Of a stretch of 64,000 nucleotides of DNA, positions 13,900-25,809 are shown one piece after another. A program made the position numbers and the translations under genes. Under the pieces are notes generated by a model that had not been told where the DNA came from, ran no database searches, and saw only the letters and a list, made by a program, of their open reading frames with translations. The DNA comes from Octopus vulgaris. Its lineage: Eukaryota. Numbering within the stretch: the first letter of the stretch is position 1; each line of letters begins with the position of its first letter. Location: positions 127,162,001 through 127,226,000 of the forward strand of contig OX597815.1 of assembly GCA_951406725.2 (NCBI GenBank). Direction: 5' to 3'.

Positions 13900-14225
13900 C
13901 CCATGGCACCACGGTGTGTGCCTGGTCATCATCATGCTACAGCAAGGAGAAGAGGGAGGAGGTTTAAACCACTAAACATTGGTTGTTGGAACATCCGCAC
14001 ATTGTTAGATGTTGAGTCAGCAGAAACACTTCCTCGAAAATGATCTGCAGTTATAGCCAAGTAGCTGGATAGATATAGCATAGATATTGTTGCCTTATCT
14101 GAAACACAACTGCTCAGTGAAGGTCAATATTCTGAACTCACAGGTGGTTAAACCTTTTGCTGGAGTGGAAGATCTGAGGGCTGCAAGGAAGAACCAGGCA
14201 TTGCTTTTGCTGTTAGAACATCATG
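13900..14225 (+). mobile_element. RTE-type APE endonuclease N-terminal remnant
   Basis: LNIGCWNIRTLLD and DIVALSET motifs with stops. Confidence 0.7.
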
Positions 14226-14227
14226 TA

Positions 14228-14818
14228 TACTAAAATCGTGAAGCATGTTATGTAATAACAGGCTAATCAGATATGAGATAATAACAATTCAAATTAAATA
14301 ACTCTGAAAAACGTTTTTGTGCATTCACAATAATATTACCCTCAGCAGTGCTAGTGTTGGTATATTCGTGAATAAGTCACTAACTGAAATAAGTAAATCT
14401 GTTGTTTAGGAAAATACTAATTACTTGTTTAAGAGTTGTACTGGATAAATTGCGAAAATAACACAAATAGTTCAAATACTAAGAAATAAGCATACTCAAT
14501 TTCATTTATACGAAAAAATCTACAAACATGAATGGGTTATTTCCCTTGGTTATATATAAGGCTACGTTTCAGGAGCAAATGGGTCATTTTCCCTAGATGT
14601 TTAAAAATAATATATTAGTTATATGTAGTAGATATAAGAAACCCTTCCAGGGGCCCTATTGTCGATATTTTTCAACAATCTAAGTATGTAACTAATTTTC
14701 CAGACTTGAGTTCCACTTACGTTTCAAGTTTCGTCAAAATCAATAAAATGATGTAGGAGGCGTTAGATAACAACGCCACAAACGAACACACCCACAGATT
14801 TCCACATATATAGTAGAT
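14228..14818 (-). mobile_element. Possible non-autonomous Helitron-like repeat
   Basis: Minus-strand 5' end ATCTACTATATAT next to (AT)n; 3' end not clearly identified. Confidence 0.35.
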
Positions 14819-14822
14819 ATAT

Positions 14823-14894
<72 letters not shown>

Positions 14895-15427
14895 TCATAT
14901 ATACATATATCATATATATATCATATATATATATATATATATATATACATACATACATACATACACGCCAAGATATACATACTCACTCAAACATGTACCA
15001 ACATATATGCACAATAACCACTTTCACATATATTGAATGGTAAACATAGATATATACACATGCGCAGATATATACAGCACATATAGACATACATATGCAT
15101 AAAGACATAAACACACACAGAAAATACCCAGGTATATATATATAAACATATATACATAGATATATGTAGACATGCACACACACCCACACCCACATAAACT
15201 TATCTGTGTGTGTGTATGCACAGACATGGCTGTGTATGTGCATGTATGTATAGATATATAGGCACAAACATGGTGATGTGGCTAAGATGCATGCTTCCCA
15301 ATCATGTGGTTTTGGGTCGAGTTCTATGTTGTGGCATCTAAGGCAAGTGTCTTCTACAGTTGTCAAAGGCTAACCAAAGCCTTGTGAGTGGATTTGGTAG
15401 ATGGGAACTGAAAGAAGACCATTATAT

Positions 15428-15459
<32 letters not shown>

Positions 15460-15829
15460 GACGTTTCTTCATGTGTGTGTATGTGTGTACCCTTGTCCTG
15501 ACATCACATGAAGATTGTAAATGATCAACACCATCATACAAGCCATGTAGTTGTTTCCAGTCTTCGACAGAAATACATGTCTGGCCACAGGGAATATCAC
15601 CTCACTTGGAAACAAGGTGAAGGTTGGTATCAGGAAGAGTATCTGGCTGTAAAAAAAATCTACCTCCATAAATTTCATCCAACTAATGCAAGCATGGAAA
15701 TGTGAAGATCAAATGATGATGTGGGCATGTATGCATAATATACAAACACGCAGAGATACATACAGAACAATTAAACATGAATTTATACATAAACATAGAT
15801 AAACATGGACTGTGACTACTGAGGACATG

Positions 15830-16400
15830 CATGGGCTTGAAAGAAATGAAGCTAGTATGCTTCCTCGGACGTATAATGTCAGTGTCCATCTACAACAAAG
15901 TGTTGATGTCTTGTAAGTCATAAAAGTCATCAGATGTGATGTGCAAGAGAGACAACTGCACGGGTATGGTCATGTGATGTGCATGGACAAGTACAGCTGT
16001 GTAAAGAAGTGCTGATCTCTAACTGTAGATGGAATCTGTGGTAGAGGTAGGCCAAAGAAGACATGGGACAAGGTAGTGAAGCACGAACTTCAAATGTTGG
16101 ATCTCACAGAGGTAATGACTAGTGACTGAGATTCCTAGCAATATGCTATGTTTGAGAAGAGCCATCAGACCAAGTGGAATCATAGTCGTGGAATATACTG
16201 GTGTCACACAACTGGTACCTGTGCCAGCGACATATAAAAGCACTCACTAAACTCTCAGAGGTGTCAGTGTTAGGAAGGGCATCCAGCCGTAGAAACCATG
16301 CCAAATCAGACAGGATTCCGATGCAACACCTTAGATTATCAGCCCTGGTCAAACCATCCAACACATGCCAGCATGGACAACAGGCATTAAATGATAATCA
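15830..16400 (+). mobile_element. RTE LINE 3' fragment
   Basis: Homologous to 32900-33760 (RNEASM, GRGRP regions) with RTE 3' UTR. Confidence 0.75.
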
Positions 16401-16467
16401 GTTTTTGTAATTATTTCTCTCCAAAACAATAAACAATAAAAACTGAACTGGAAATGTAATGTATTAC

Positions 16468-16584
16468 CTTGTTTGAATTTTCCTTGATTTTCTCAACAGA
16501 ACAGGAATGTATAAATGCTGGTGGCTTGTCTTGAACATCCTCAACTTGGATCCATACAGAAGCATTTGATGTAAACTTTCCATC
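16468..16584 (-). CDS. Cadherin-related gene, coding exon 3 (DGKFTSNASVWIQVEDVQDKPPAF...ENSNK)
   Basis: AG acceptor at 16586-16585, GT donor at 16467-16466, 117 bp, phase 0/0; DVQDxPP linker variant seen in Cad87A/CDH23-like proteins. Confidence 0.9.
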
Positions 16585-16796
16585 CTGAAATTAAGTTTAA
16601 AATTATTTCATTTTATCTTCAATTCATTGTAAAATATAATTCATGTACACAGTATTACATTTCTATTTTTCCCAGGTGAAGAATGAAAGGAAACTGATAC
16701 AAATAGTGGTATGATAAACTGTACAACAGACCAGTATGAAAATATTAGGGTTATTAAAACAGTAATGTGTATGGATGTATTTATATATATATATAC

Positions 16797-16827
<31 letters not shown>

Positions 16828-16893
16828 CGTTTAAATATTTGTTGTGCAAGATTTTTTATGTGAAGTCGTGTGTTGAAACAGATATTGTTATAT

Positions 16894-17280
16894 TTCGGAA
16901 TGGTCATATTGCCAGTTTAGCCAATAAAAACACACGCACTATATATTTGGTGTTATTTTGCTTCAGTGATATTTATTTTTTACATTAATCTTAATCTTAT
17001 TTCGGCCAAAGTTCTTTCGTCACACTCCTGTGACCGCATCAGTGGTCCTTTGTTTTCTTCTCACTTACTTGTGTCTCTCCTTACTAACCGTCGTAAGGAG
17101 AGACGCAAGTAAGTGAGAAGAAAACAAAGGACCACTGATCGGTCACAGGAGTGTGACGAAAGAACTTTGGCGAAATAAGATTAAGATTAATGTAAAAAAT
17201 AAATACACTGAAGCAAAATAACACCAAATATATAGTGCGTGTGTTTTTATTGGCTAAACTGGCAATATGACCATTCCGAA
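16894..17280. repeat. Long palindrome (arms 16894-17084 and 17093-17280, 8-nt loop), probably Penelope-type inverted terminus
   Basis: Arms of about 190 bp are reverse complements with about 4 differences; flanked by (AT)n. Confidence 0.9.
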
Positions 17281-17289
17281 TAAATATAT

Positions 17290-17369
<80 letters not shown>

Positions 17370-17852
17370 CATATATTTTTATACCTATACATATACACAC
17401 TGTAAAGTTGCTGGTGTTAAGAAGGGTATCCAGCCATAGAAACCATAGTCCTATGGCTTGTCAGATCCTGTCAAACTATTCAACAAATGCTGGCATAAAA
17501 ACTGGATGTTAAATGATGATAATTATATCCACATACATCATCAAAGCAGTCTATCAAAGGGGAAGTGTTATGGAAGAAACCTGAAAAGACCCACATGACA
17601 GAAGGTGAACTAATCTATAACAATAATTAAGAACTAATTGAAATGTCAGGTAGTATTTGACAAGTGTTAGTTTGATCGTGTTGGTTTAACAGTTGGTAGT
17701 TTAACAGTGACTAGCAAGTATCACACCTACGCTCAAGTTTTACAGAGTGCATTCTGTGTTAACGAATATTTCTGCGATAGTTTAAGATAACCACAACTAA
17801 CTATTTATTTGTATATTATCATTTCACACCAGATGTGTATAACCACATCATA

Positions 17853-17944
<92 letters not shown>

Positions 17945-18573
17945 TTATATATAAAAAACTGACAATGTGTGTCTGTCTGTCTGTGTGTTTCCCTAAAACT
18001 TGAGAACTACACAACCAATTTCATTCAAATTTTACACATGCCTTACTTAGGGTCCGGGGAGTGTCATCAGCAAAAACATTTTGAACTTTTTGCCTAGGGC
18101 GAGCCTACAGCAATATCATATCTTCTCCACTACGATTCCCTAAAACTTGAGAACTACACAACCAATTCCATTCAAATTTTACACATGCCTTACTTAGGGT
18201 CCATGTAGTTTCATGGGCAAAAAAATGTTCAACTTCTTGACTAGAGCGAGCCCATAGCAATATCATATCTTCTCCACTATATCAGTATTACATGTTAAAA
18301 GTGAAACAAAATGTTTCTCTATTTTATGTCAGACACTTTCACTTTAACAATGAAAATAATAATACCAATTGAATTATATGTAGTAAGTAATAATTAAAAT
18401 CAAACTGAAGTATAATATAATCGTAACATAACAAAAGTAAAAATAGCAATTGGTATAAAATTGCATCAATGATTTGAACTTGAATAAGTGGTTTCACATG
18501 AATGGTAATAAATTAAAAATAAAATTAGCGTGCAGAAATGGAATAGTCCAGATGGATAATAAAAAATTAAATT

Positions 18574-18627
18574 AAAGGAAAGACTATTGTCTAGAAAGTA
18601 TACAATGTAGAGAAAAAAGATTTTCAC
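18574..18627 (+). pseudogene. Left half of the split Tx1-like ORF1 (target of the array)
   Basis: Translates KGKTIV*KVYNVEKKDFH and joins in frame to NMAESTFEKCL at 30159. Confidence 0.7.
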
Positions 18628-18851
18628 ACCTGGCTCCAAGCTAATTGCGTTTATTAGTAAGTTTATATATTTTTGCTCTCATAGTATTATCTCTGTTTTC
18701 TATATTGTCTGTCTACCTGTTTTGTTTATTGTTGTTTAACTGAAGAAGTCAGCCTTCGCGCGAGGACTTCGCGTTGGTGTTCCCCCCTCCGTGGGGGAAA
18801 ACTACAATTAATTTGGAAATTCCAAAGGCTTGTTAAAGCCATTTGTTCAAG

Positions 18852-20230
18852 ATGGAGTCCCCCATCTCTTATTCGCCTGTGACGAGCGAGGACGAATACC
18901 CGGCGTTGTCGCCAGGAAAAAAAGAGGCGTTGTCGCCAAGGAAAAAAGAGGCGTTGACGCCTGAAGAAAAAAGAGGCGGCGTCGCCCAAGAAAATAGAAA
19001 AACCAATACCAGCATCAACTCCAGCGAAAAAATTCGCTGAAGTAGCTGGGAAAAAGATTAAAACAATAAATATTGAAAATCTGGAAAAATTTGCAGACAG
19101 TGTAAAGAAAGAGGGCACAGAGGTGACTGTGGTCACAAACATACAGAAACAAGACGATATAGAGAAGAAAAGAATTATATATAAAACCTACAACACAGCA
19201 ACAAGAATGATACAGAAAATCGAGGAAAAAAAATAGAGTTTTGTCTGAAACCGATAATGGACAAAATAACCTACATAAACAGAGGAAAAAGATACGGCAC
19301 AGTGGAGGTGCGTTTTACCACTGAAGAGATGGCGAAAAAACTATCGATGGAGACGATCAAAGCAGAAAACATTGTTTTATTACCATTATATAGAGGAAAG
19401 CGGACGTCAAAAATCACAATGAACAACATACCGCCAGAAGCAGATGCAGAATGTCTGGTGGCAGCAGTGATGGTAGGCCTGGAGGAAAAAATAAACATCC
19501 TCCAGGCCACAGTGGAAGAAGAGGAGTTCTGGAAAGGACAAAAAATAGTGATAGCCATTCAGGCGGAGGCACAAACACTGGAAGAAATTCCAGAAACGGT
19601 AAAAATCAGCGAAGATGAAAAAATAACAGTTTTCGTGGAGGGCAGGAAGCCGAGGTGCTTCGGCTGCGGCAAGAAGGGTCATGTAAGGGCGGAATGCCAA
19701 CCCCAACCCAAACCGCTGGAAGCACCGAAGCCAAGAGAAAAAGAAGAACATGTGTCACCAGAAGCAGCGTCGGACGGCCCAGAAGGGAAGACCGAAGGTG
19801 TGGAGGTGACGGTGACAACAGAACCAGCGGCGGAGGAGAATAAGAGCGAGGATAAGATAAATGAGGAGGGGTGGAAAAAAATTACCGAAAAAAAAGAAGA
19901 AAAACGGAAACCACCCCTCCCAGAATAATTTTAAAAAAGAAAAGAGAGACAATGGACTCATATATGGCCGTAAAGGCAGCAAATAGCAGACTAGGAAACG
20001 TGTTGGCTGCTATGGCCAAAGTGGAGAAAGTGGAAAAGAAAAATGACTTTGTAATCTACAGAATAGGCCGGAAGGATTACGGGCGGATAAAATCCGAATT
20101 CTTCCACGACGTAGGCCCACTTAGATTGGAGGTGACATCTCCACATATATTCGAGGGCCTACGTCAGACTCCCCCACGAGGCCCAGAAAAAGAGTTAGAA
20201 GAACAAGAGAAAACCGAACCACTGATATAA
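18852..20230 (+). pseudogene. Unit 1 ORF1 (gag-like, CFGCGKKGHVRAEC), frameshifted
   Basis: ORFs 18843..19040, 19257..19928 and 19871..20230 are consecutive pieces; the shifts fall in A-runs and may be sequencing errors. Confidence 0.85.
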
Positions 20231-20239
20231 AGGTAAGTA

Positions 20240-23200
20240 ATGGATTGCATTTATGTTGGTTGTTTGAATGTGCGCGGCCTGGGAGCAGGCTGGAAGCAAG
20301 ATCGCTTCCTGCATGATATCAGGTCGCGTAATTTAGATGTTATTGTTGCTACAGAAACCCGGTTAGAGGGGCCAAGAGGTCTGCTCCCGCTGTTTGACGG
20401 CTACGAGAGTTTTTTCTCTCCTGGCAGACCTACTGGCGGAAGTGGGGTGTTGGTCCTAATAAAAAGAAACCGGGTTTCTGAGAAAAAGTTAATTTTTGCA
20501 GATCCAGAAGGCAGGCTGGTCGTCATGGATTTGACGTTCAGTAATGGTAAAGTTATCAGACTGGTTGCAATTTACGCACCCAACCATACAGGGCAAAGTG
20601 ATTATTTTCGTGAACTAGAAAACTTTCTTGGTACTTCGCATTCATTAGTTGTGCTAGGAGACTTTAACACAATTTGCAAAGCAAATGTAGATTGTGTTGG
20701 CTCGCGTCCAGATAGAAAAGGTAACAGTGGCTTCATGGAACTGGTAAGCCGCTTTGAGCTAGCAGATCCTTATAGGCTGGAATTTCCGAACGCTCCATTG
20801 TGGACATGGTCGAACAGCGACGGATCTTCCAGGTCATATTTAGATAGAATACTAATTAGAAAAGTAGACAGTAAAATAGCTAAGTGTCCACAGTTTTACC
20901 CGATCAGCTACAGTGATCATAAAATGGTCACTTGTAAGCTTGACATAGATAAGGTTAAAAATAGAGGATCCGGTTACTGGAAACTTAATACGTCCCTTTT
21001 GGCGATTAAGGAGTACAAAGACCGGATTAGGGACATAATTCTGAGGGCACTGTCTGGTACCATCATTAATAACAAATGGTGGTACGCCCTCAAACGAGCC
21101 ATCAAGTTCGAGTCAATTAGATATAGCATAGGAGTAGTGGCTAGAGAGGCTAGAAGGGAAACTACTCTAGTTAAGGAATTAGAGGAAGCCTTGAAAACTG
21201 GCTCTGCGGCTCAGGTGGCGTCCAAGAGAATGGTGTTAAACCAGCACCTCGAGGCCAAACACATGGGCTGCATTGTCAGGGCTAGAATCCGCCATATGGG
21301 ATGTGAAGGAATCAACGCCGCGAGATGGGCCCGAGTGGTGGAAGCACAGCATGGTAACGATGCCACGATTCGATCTTTGACGAACCAACAAGGTGAGTCG
21401 ATGAACGAACCCGAGGAGATGTGTGAGGCCTTTCAGGAGCACTTCGCTCAGCTTTTCGGTGAGTGCGGCGGACTGGATAGGAGGGGGGCCTTTACGGACC
21501 TACTCGACGGGCTGCCGCGCTTATCGGGGCAAGATGCGGAGGGCTGTGAAGGGCCAATCACGCCTGAGGAGGTGGTTGAGGCAATGGCGGACTGCGGCGC
21601 GGGCAAGGTGCCGGGTTTGGATGGTCTACCCTATGAGTTATATAAGAGTATGCCAGACTTGTTCAGGCACCTACAGGCGGAGGTTTATGCGAACTGGCAG
21701 CAGAACGGGCTTATACCCAGATCTGTACGCCGGGGAGTAGTGACACTCGTCAGAAGGGACCCGAGCAAGGGGGAGTGCATTGATAATTTCAGGCCCATCA
21801 CTCTGCTAAACACAGAGTTGAAGATTTTGGCCAAAGTGTTATCGAAAAGATTGGCGCGTGTCGCGGATGGTCTGATCAGGGAGGCACAGACATGTGCCGT
21901 TCCTGGCAGAACCATTCAGGATAATCTCCATCTTATGCGGTACACTATAGATGGGTTTAATAGTGATTCTGGCCAGGGTGGGGCACTGGTCCATTTAGAC
22001 CAATCTAAAGCTTTTGATAGGGTCGACCATCGTTACCTGGTATCTGCCCTGGCACAGTTCGGGCTGAGCCTTGGCTTCCTCAGGTGGAATATACAAATTT
22101 ACGATAACATCGACTCGGTAGATCGGGTGAACGGCTTCTTGTCGAAGCCGTTCAAAATCAAGCGCTCGGTTCGTCAAGGGTGTCCGCTCTCTCCGCTTTT
22201 GTTTGTGATGGCTCTTGAGCCATTACTGCGAAAACTGAGCGGCATCCCGAGACAGCCAGGTAGTGGAAAATCGGTGTCAGCGTACGCGGATGACATCACC
22301 ATCATTGTAACCGAAATGGACCACCTATGTAAAGTAGGCAAGGCCATAGAGGTTTACGAGACGGTGACAGGAGCAAAAGTTAATCGCGAAAAGTCAGTCG
22401 GCTTGCAACTCGGCACCTGGAGAGGCAAGTCGATGCCTCCTGACAGCGTCGTGGGACGTTGGACGGAGGGTCCGATTAAATTGCTAGGGGTCTGGTTCGG
22501 TCCAGACCTCCAAATAGAGAAGAATTGGGGCGAGGTATCGAGCAGGGTGGCTGCAGAAACCAAGACCTGGTCTTGGCGGTGGCTATCCCTGAAAGGGAGG
22601 GCGGAGGTGGCCAATGTGTTTATCGCATCGGTTATCACCTACCGCCTTTCCGTCGTTCCTTGCCCTGATTCGTGGTTGATCAAGTTGGAAAGACAGCTCT
22701 TCTACTTCTTGTGGAAGGGCGGGAAACCACTTGTGAAACGCTCTACTTGCTGTCAACAACCGTTAAAGGGTGGGCTAGGGATGCCTTGGCTGATGATGCG
22801 CAGACATGCGCTGAGGTTAAGACATCTGTAGCTCTACCTGGATGGGGAACGGGTGAGGTCTCCGCTAGCAAAACTGATGTTTCCCAAGTTCACTAGTTTC
22901 GGTGGATGGGAAACCTGGCTGAATCGTAGATCGAAACTTGGTACTTGGTACACGGAGTGTCGCAAGGCTCTCCTGCTATTCCGTCGCTCGGGCAACGCCT
23001 GCGGTGGGGGTTCCACCACATTCTTCTATAGAGGGTTGGTAGAGGCGGAATGTGAAGATACCTTGGGGGAAACCCTAGGTCTCGACGATAATCAGCTGGC
23101 CAGTCTATTCCGACGTACGTTCAAGCCGAGGACACTGGACAACTTCCAGAAGTCTCTGGCATGGCAATGCTACAGAGGAGCTCTACCTGTTCGGGATAAA

Positions 23201-23635
23201 CTCGCAAGGCATGGTGGCCAAGACAGTCCGATATGTCCAAGATGCGGGCGGGATAGGGAAACGGTCCTGCACGCTATTGTTCATTGTCCGGACGTGTCTG
23301 AGGTGTGGGTTTATGCCGAATAGCTGTTGTCAGGTACACGAAGAGTACAGCTGTCGACTGAGTCGATTACAAAAATTGACCCACCGGATTTCCTCGTGAA
23401 TGAAGGTAAGTTTCGTTTTCTCGTTGTAGTAGCAATTGCGAAAGAGGTGATATGGAAGACGAGAATGAAAGGTCTACAGTCAGGCAAGTTCATCTCCGGC
23501 CCTGGTTTGAGGAATTATTTCATCTTTCACCTGAAAAGGAAGATAGGGCTGGAGAGAATATGCCTGACTAGGAGAGTGTATGAAGAACGATGGGAAGATG
23601 TAGCACGAAAGTTGCGAGTGAATGATACAACATAA
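20240..23635 (+). pseudogene. Unit 1 ORF2 (APE endonuclease, reverse transcriptase, C-terminal zinc finger) with two in-frame TAG stops
   Basis: LNVRGL, ATET, GDFN, YLDRI, SDH; QGCPLSP, YADD; CPRC..ETVLHAIVHC; stops at 22829-22831 and 23321-23323. Confidence 0.92.
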
Positions 23636-23893
23636 ATGTAAGACCAAGCGTAACCAAAAGTAACAGTGGGGAGGCCGGGCTCGTGGGGTCCGAGCTAAAC
23701 CCGCACCCACTCCACCCGTAATGTCTTCCGGTCTGTTACATCATTCGATTTCTGTCCATTTATTGTAATTTCATGAAAATTTTAAAATTCGTTTTATTGT
23801 AAAAACCCATTCGTGTGTCTGACCCCATCATCAGATTGTATTGTCCCATCTATGTTCGCCCCTTGTGGGTAATAATAAAACAACCTGGCGGAA

Positions 23894-25809
23894 CGCAATC
23901 CACGTGTGTATTGAGTTACTTTGTATGTGAAAATTTGGAAAAAACTGTTAAAAAATTGGCAAAAATTGAATCGCGCGAGGCGTTTGCCGCTGCGTGTTTG
24001 AACCTTTTATAGAAGGTGTGTCAACCCGCAAGTCATGGAGAATTACGCGGGGGTCGCCACAACAAAAAGTGACGAGTCTCTTAGAATAAGAGAAGTGTTC
24101 TTTAGAAAAGAACAATTGAAGGAATACGAGAAGTTCGTCAAAAGGGAGGGTGACAGCGTGAAGCTGGTCCCGCCTGTTGAAACAATAGAGGAGAAAAATA
24201 ACAAGACGATAACGTATAGAACGCAAGATAGAAACACGAGAAAACTGGTGAGAGTGACGATTGAAGAAATAGAGAAATGTCTGGGGGACATCATGAAAAA
24301 AGCGACTTTTGTAGACAGAGGAAAGAAATATGGTACGGTGGAGGTGAGATGCGCAACAAAGGAAGTGGCGGCCTCATTGGCTTCCACTGTCCTGAAAGCC
24401 GAAAATTTCACTATGTGGCCGACGTATAAAGGAAGACGAGGGGTACGGGTAAGAGTCCCAAAGGTGCCCCCAGATATTAAAACAGAAATGCTGGTAACAG
24501 CCATTATTGGGGCAGCAAAGGAGGAAGTTGAAATAGGGTCAATCATGGAGACGAACGTTGTAAATTGGAAGGGATTCGGAGTAGAGCTGTGGCTGATGGC
24601 CACAATGGAAGACATCGAAAGGTTTCCCTTCCAAATAGAAATAGAAAACGAGAAAACAATTAGTGTAATAGTGGAAGGCAGAAAACCGAATTGCTACCTG
24701 TGCGGATCAAGAGGGCACATAAAAAAGGAATGTCCGCTGTATGAATTCACAGCGGAGCAAAAAGAGACACAAAGTGGAGAGAAGGAAAACGAACACGAAG
24801 GAAAGAACAGCGAAAACAAGGAAAAGGAAATAACGGAGAAACAACAAGAGAAGGGAAGTAACAGCGCACTGAAGGAAAATGAAAACAAAGGGAAGAAGAG
24901 AGTAGAAAAGGAGCAAAATTCACAGGGTGCAGAAGTAGTGGAGAAGGAGCCAAGGCAGAAGCAAGAGAAAGAAAAGGAAAGTACATTAAAGGAAAGAGAA
25001 AAAGCAGGAAAAGAACAAGAGAAGGAACAGAACCAAGAGAAAGGAAAATATGGTATGCAAAAAGGAAAAGAAACAACAGGAAAGGAACATAAGGCACAGG
25101 GTAGAGAGACGGCAGACAAAGAGCCAAAAAGACAAGAGAAGGAAAAAGAAAGAAGAGAAAGCAAAAAGAGAGAAAGAGAGAAACCGAGGGAGGAGAAAAA
25201 AGAGGAAGTAAGTCCTAAGAGAAAAACTAGAGAAAACGTAGGTACGAATAGAAAATTCAAATACTATGGAACGTTGATCCATCACAGGCACTGTGAGGAG
25301 ATGGAAGATTTAATAAACGTAACAAATGGATATACGTGTGTCAGGATGGGCACCGAATGGAAAGAAACAGGTGCACTCGTCCACGAGAACGACGCTGAGG
25401 CGTTCATCGAGGCAGCTGGCAAGAACGTGACAAAACATATGAAATGCCGACTTACAAGGTGGCCACGAACGATGGAAATTTACCAAGATTTGGTAGAGAT
25501 AATGGAGTATATATAAAAGAAAAGGTATTGTGAAAACTTTAATTTGGAAATGATAAGAAGAACTTAAAATTCTGAAAAAAAAAAAATGTTGAACTTTGTA
25601 AAATTTTTGAAATGTATGTTGAAAATGTGTAAAATGTTTTTATTTGGAAGATATTGTTGACGAATAAAAAACAAATGACGAAATGTAACCGCTCGATTTC
25701 GGGGATCGAGTGGGCATTACACCACATTGTACAAACTTCATAATTCATTATTCATTTTTCCCGATTGTATTGTCCCCTCTATGTTGGCCCCTTGTGGGTA
25801 ATAATAAAA
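23894..25809 (+). mobile_element. ORF1-only non-autonomous Tx1-related element, unit 2
   Basis: 5' end resembles unit 3; single ORF; last 47 bp match units 1 and 3 at 45/47; no RT. Confidence 0.88.
24035..25516 (+). CDS. Intact 493-aa Tx1-type ORF1 protein (conserved N-terminal block, CCHC knuckle, long K/E-rich region)
   Basis: RGKKYGTVEVR and VEGRKPNCYLCGSRGHIKKEC align with unit 1/3 ORF1; uninterrupted frame. Confidence 0.85.
   Translation: MENYAGVATTKSDESLRIREVFFRKEQLKEYEKFVKREGDSVKLVPPVETIEEKNNKTITYRTQDRNTRKLVRVTIEEIEKCLGDIMKKATFVDRGKKYGTVEVRCATKEVAASLASTVLKAENFTMWPTYKGRRGVRVRVPKVPPDIKTEMLVTAIIGAAKEEVEIGSIMETNVVNWKGFGVELWLMATMEDIERFPFQIEIENEKTISVIVEGRKPNCYLCGSRGHIKKECPLYEFTAEQKETQSGEKENEHEGKNSENKEKEITEKQQEKGSNSALKENENKGKKRVEKEQNSQGAEVVEKEPRQKQEKEKESTLKEREKAGKEQEKEQNQEKGKYGMQKGKETTGKEHKAQGRETADKEPKRQEKEKERRESKKREREKPREEKKEEVSPKRKTRENVGTNRKFKYYGTLIHHRHCEEMEDLINVTNGYTCVRMGTEWKETGALVHENDAEAFIEAAGKNVTKHMKCRLTRWPRTMEIYQDLVEIMEYI

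Larger units (their letters stand above)
18628..23880 (+). mobile_element. Tx1-clade non-LTR retrotransposon, unit 1 (full length)
   Basis: 5' UTR, ORF1 with CCHC knuckle, ORF2 APE-RT-CCHC, 3' tail ending GGGTAATAATAAAA. Confidence 0.92.

Noticed and set aside
18741-18810. HDV-like ribozyme in the Tx1 5' UTR
   Set aside because: Hairpins are present, but no P2/P1.1 pseudoknot pairing or catalytic J4/2 could be fitted in both copies
20474-21329. Unit 3 deletion as a spliced intron
   Set aside because: GT is present, but there is no AG at the 3' boundary; GGG microhomology explains it
24043-25291. Long antisense ORFs over unit 2 and other LINE ORFs
   Set aside because: Shadow frames of purine-rich coding sequence, low-complexity F/S/L
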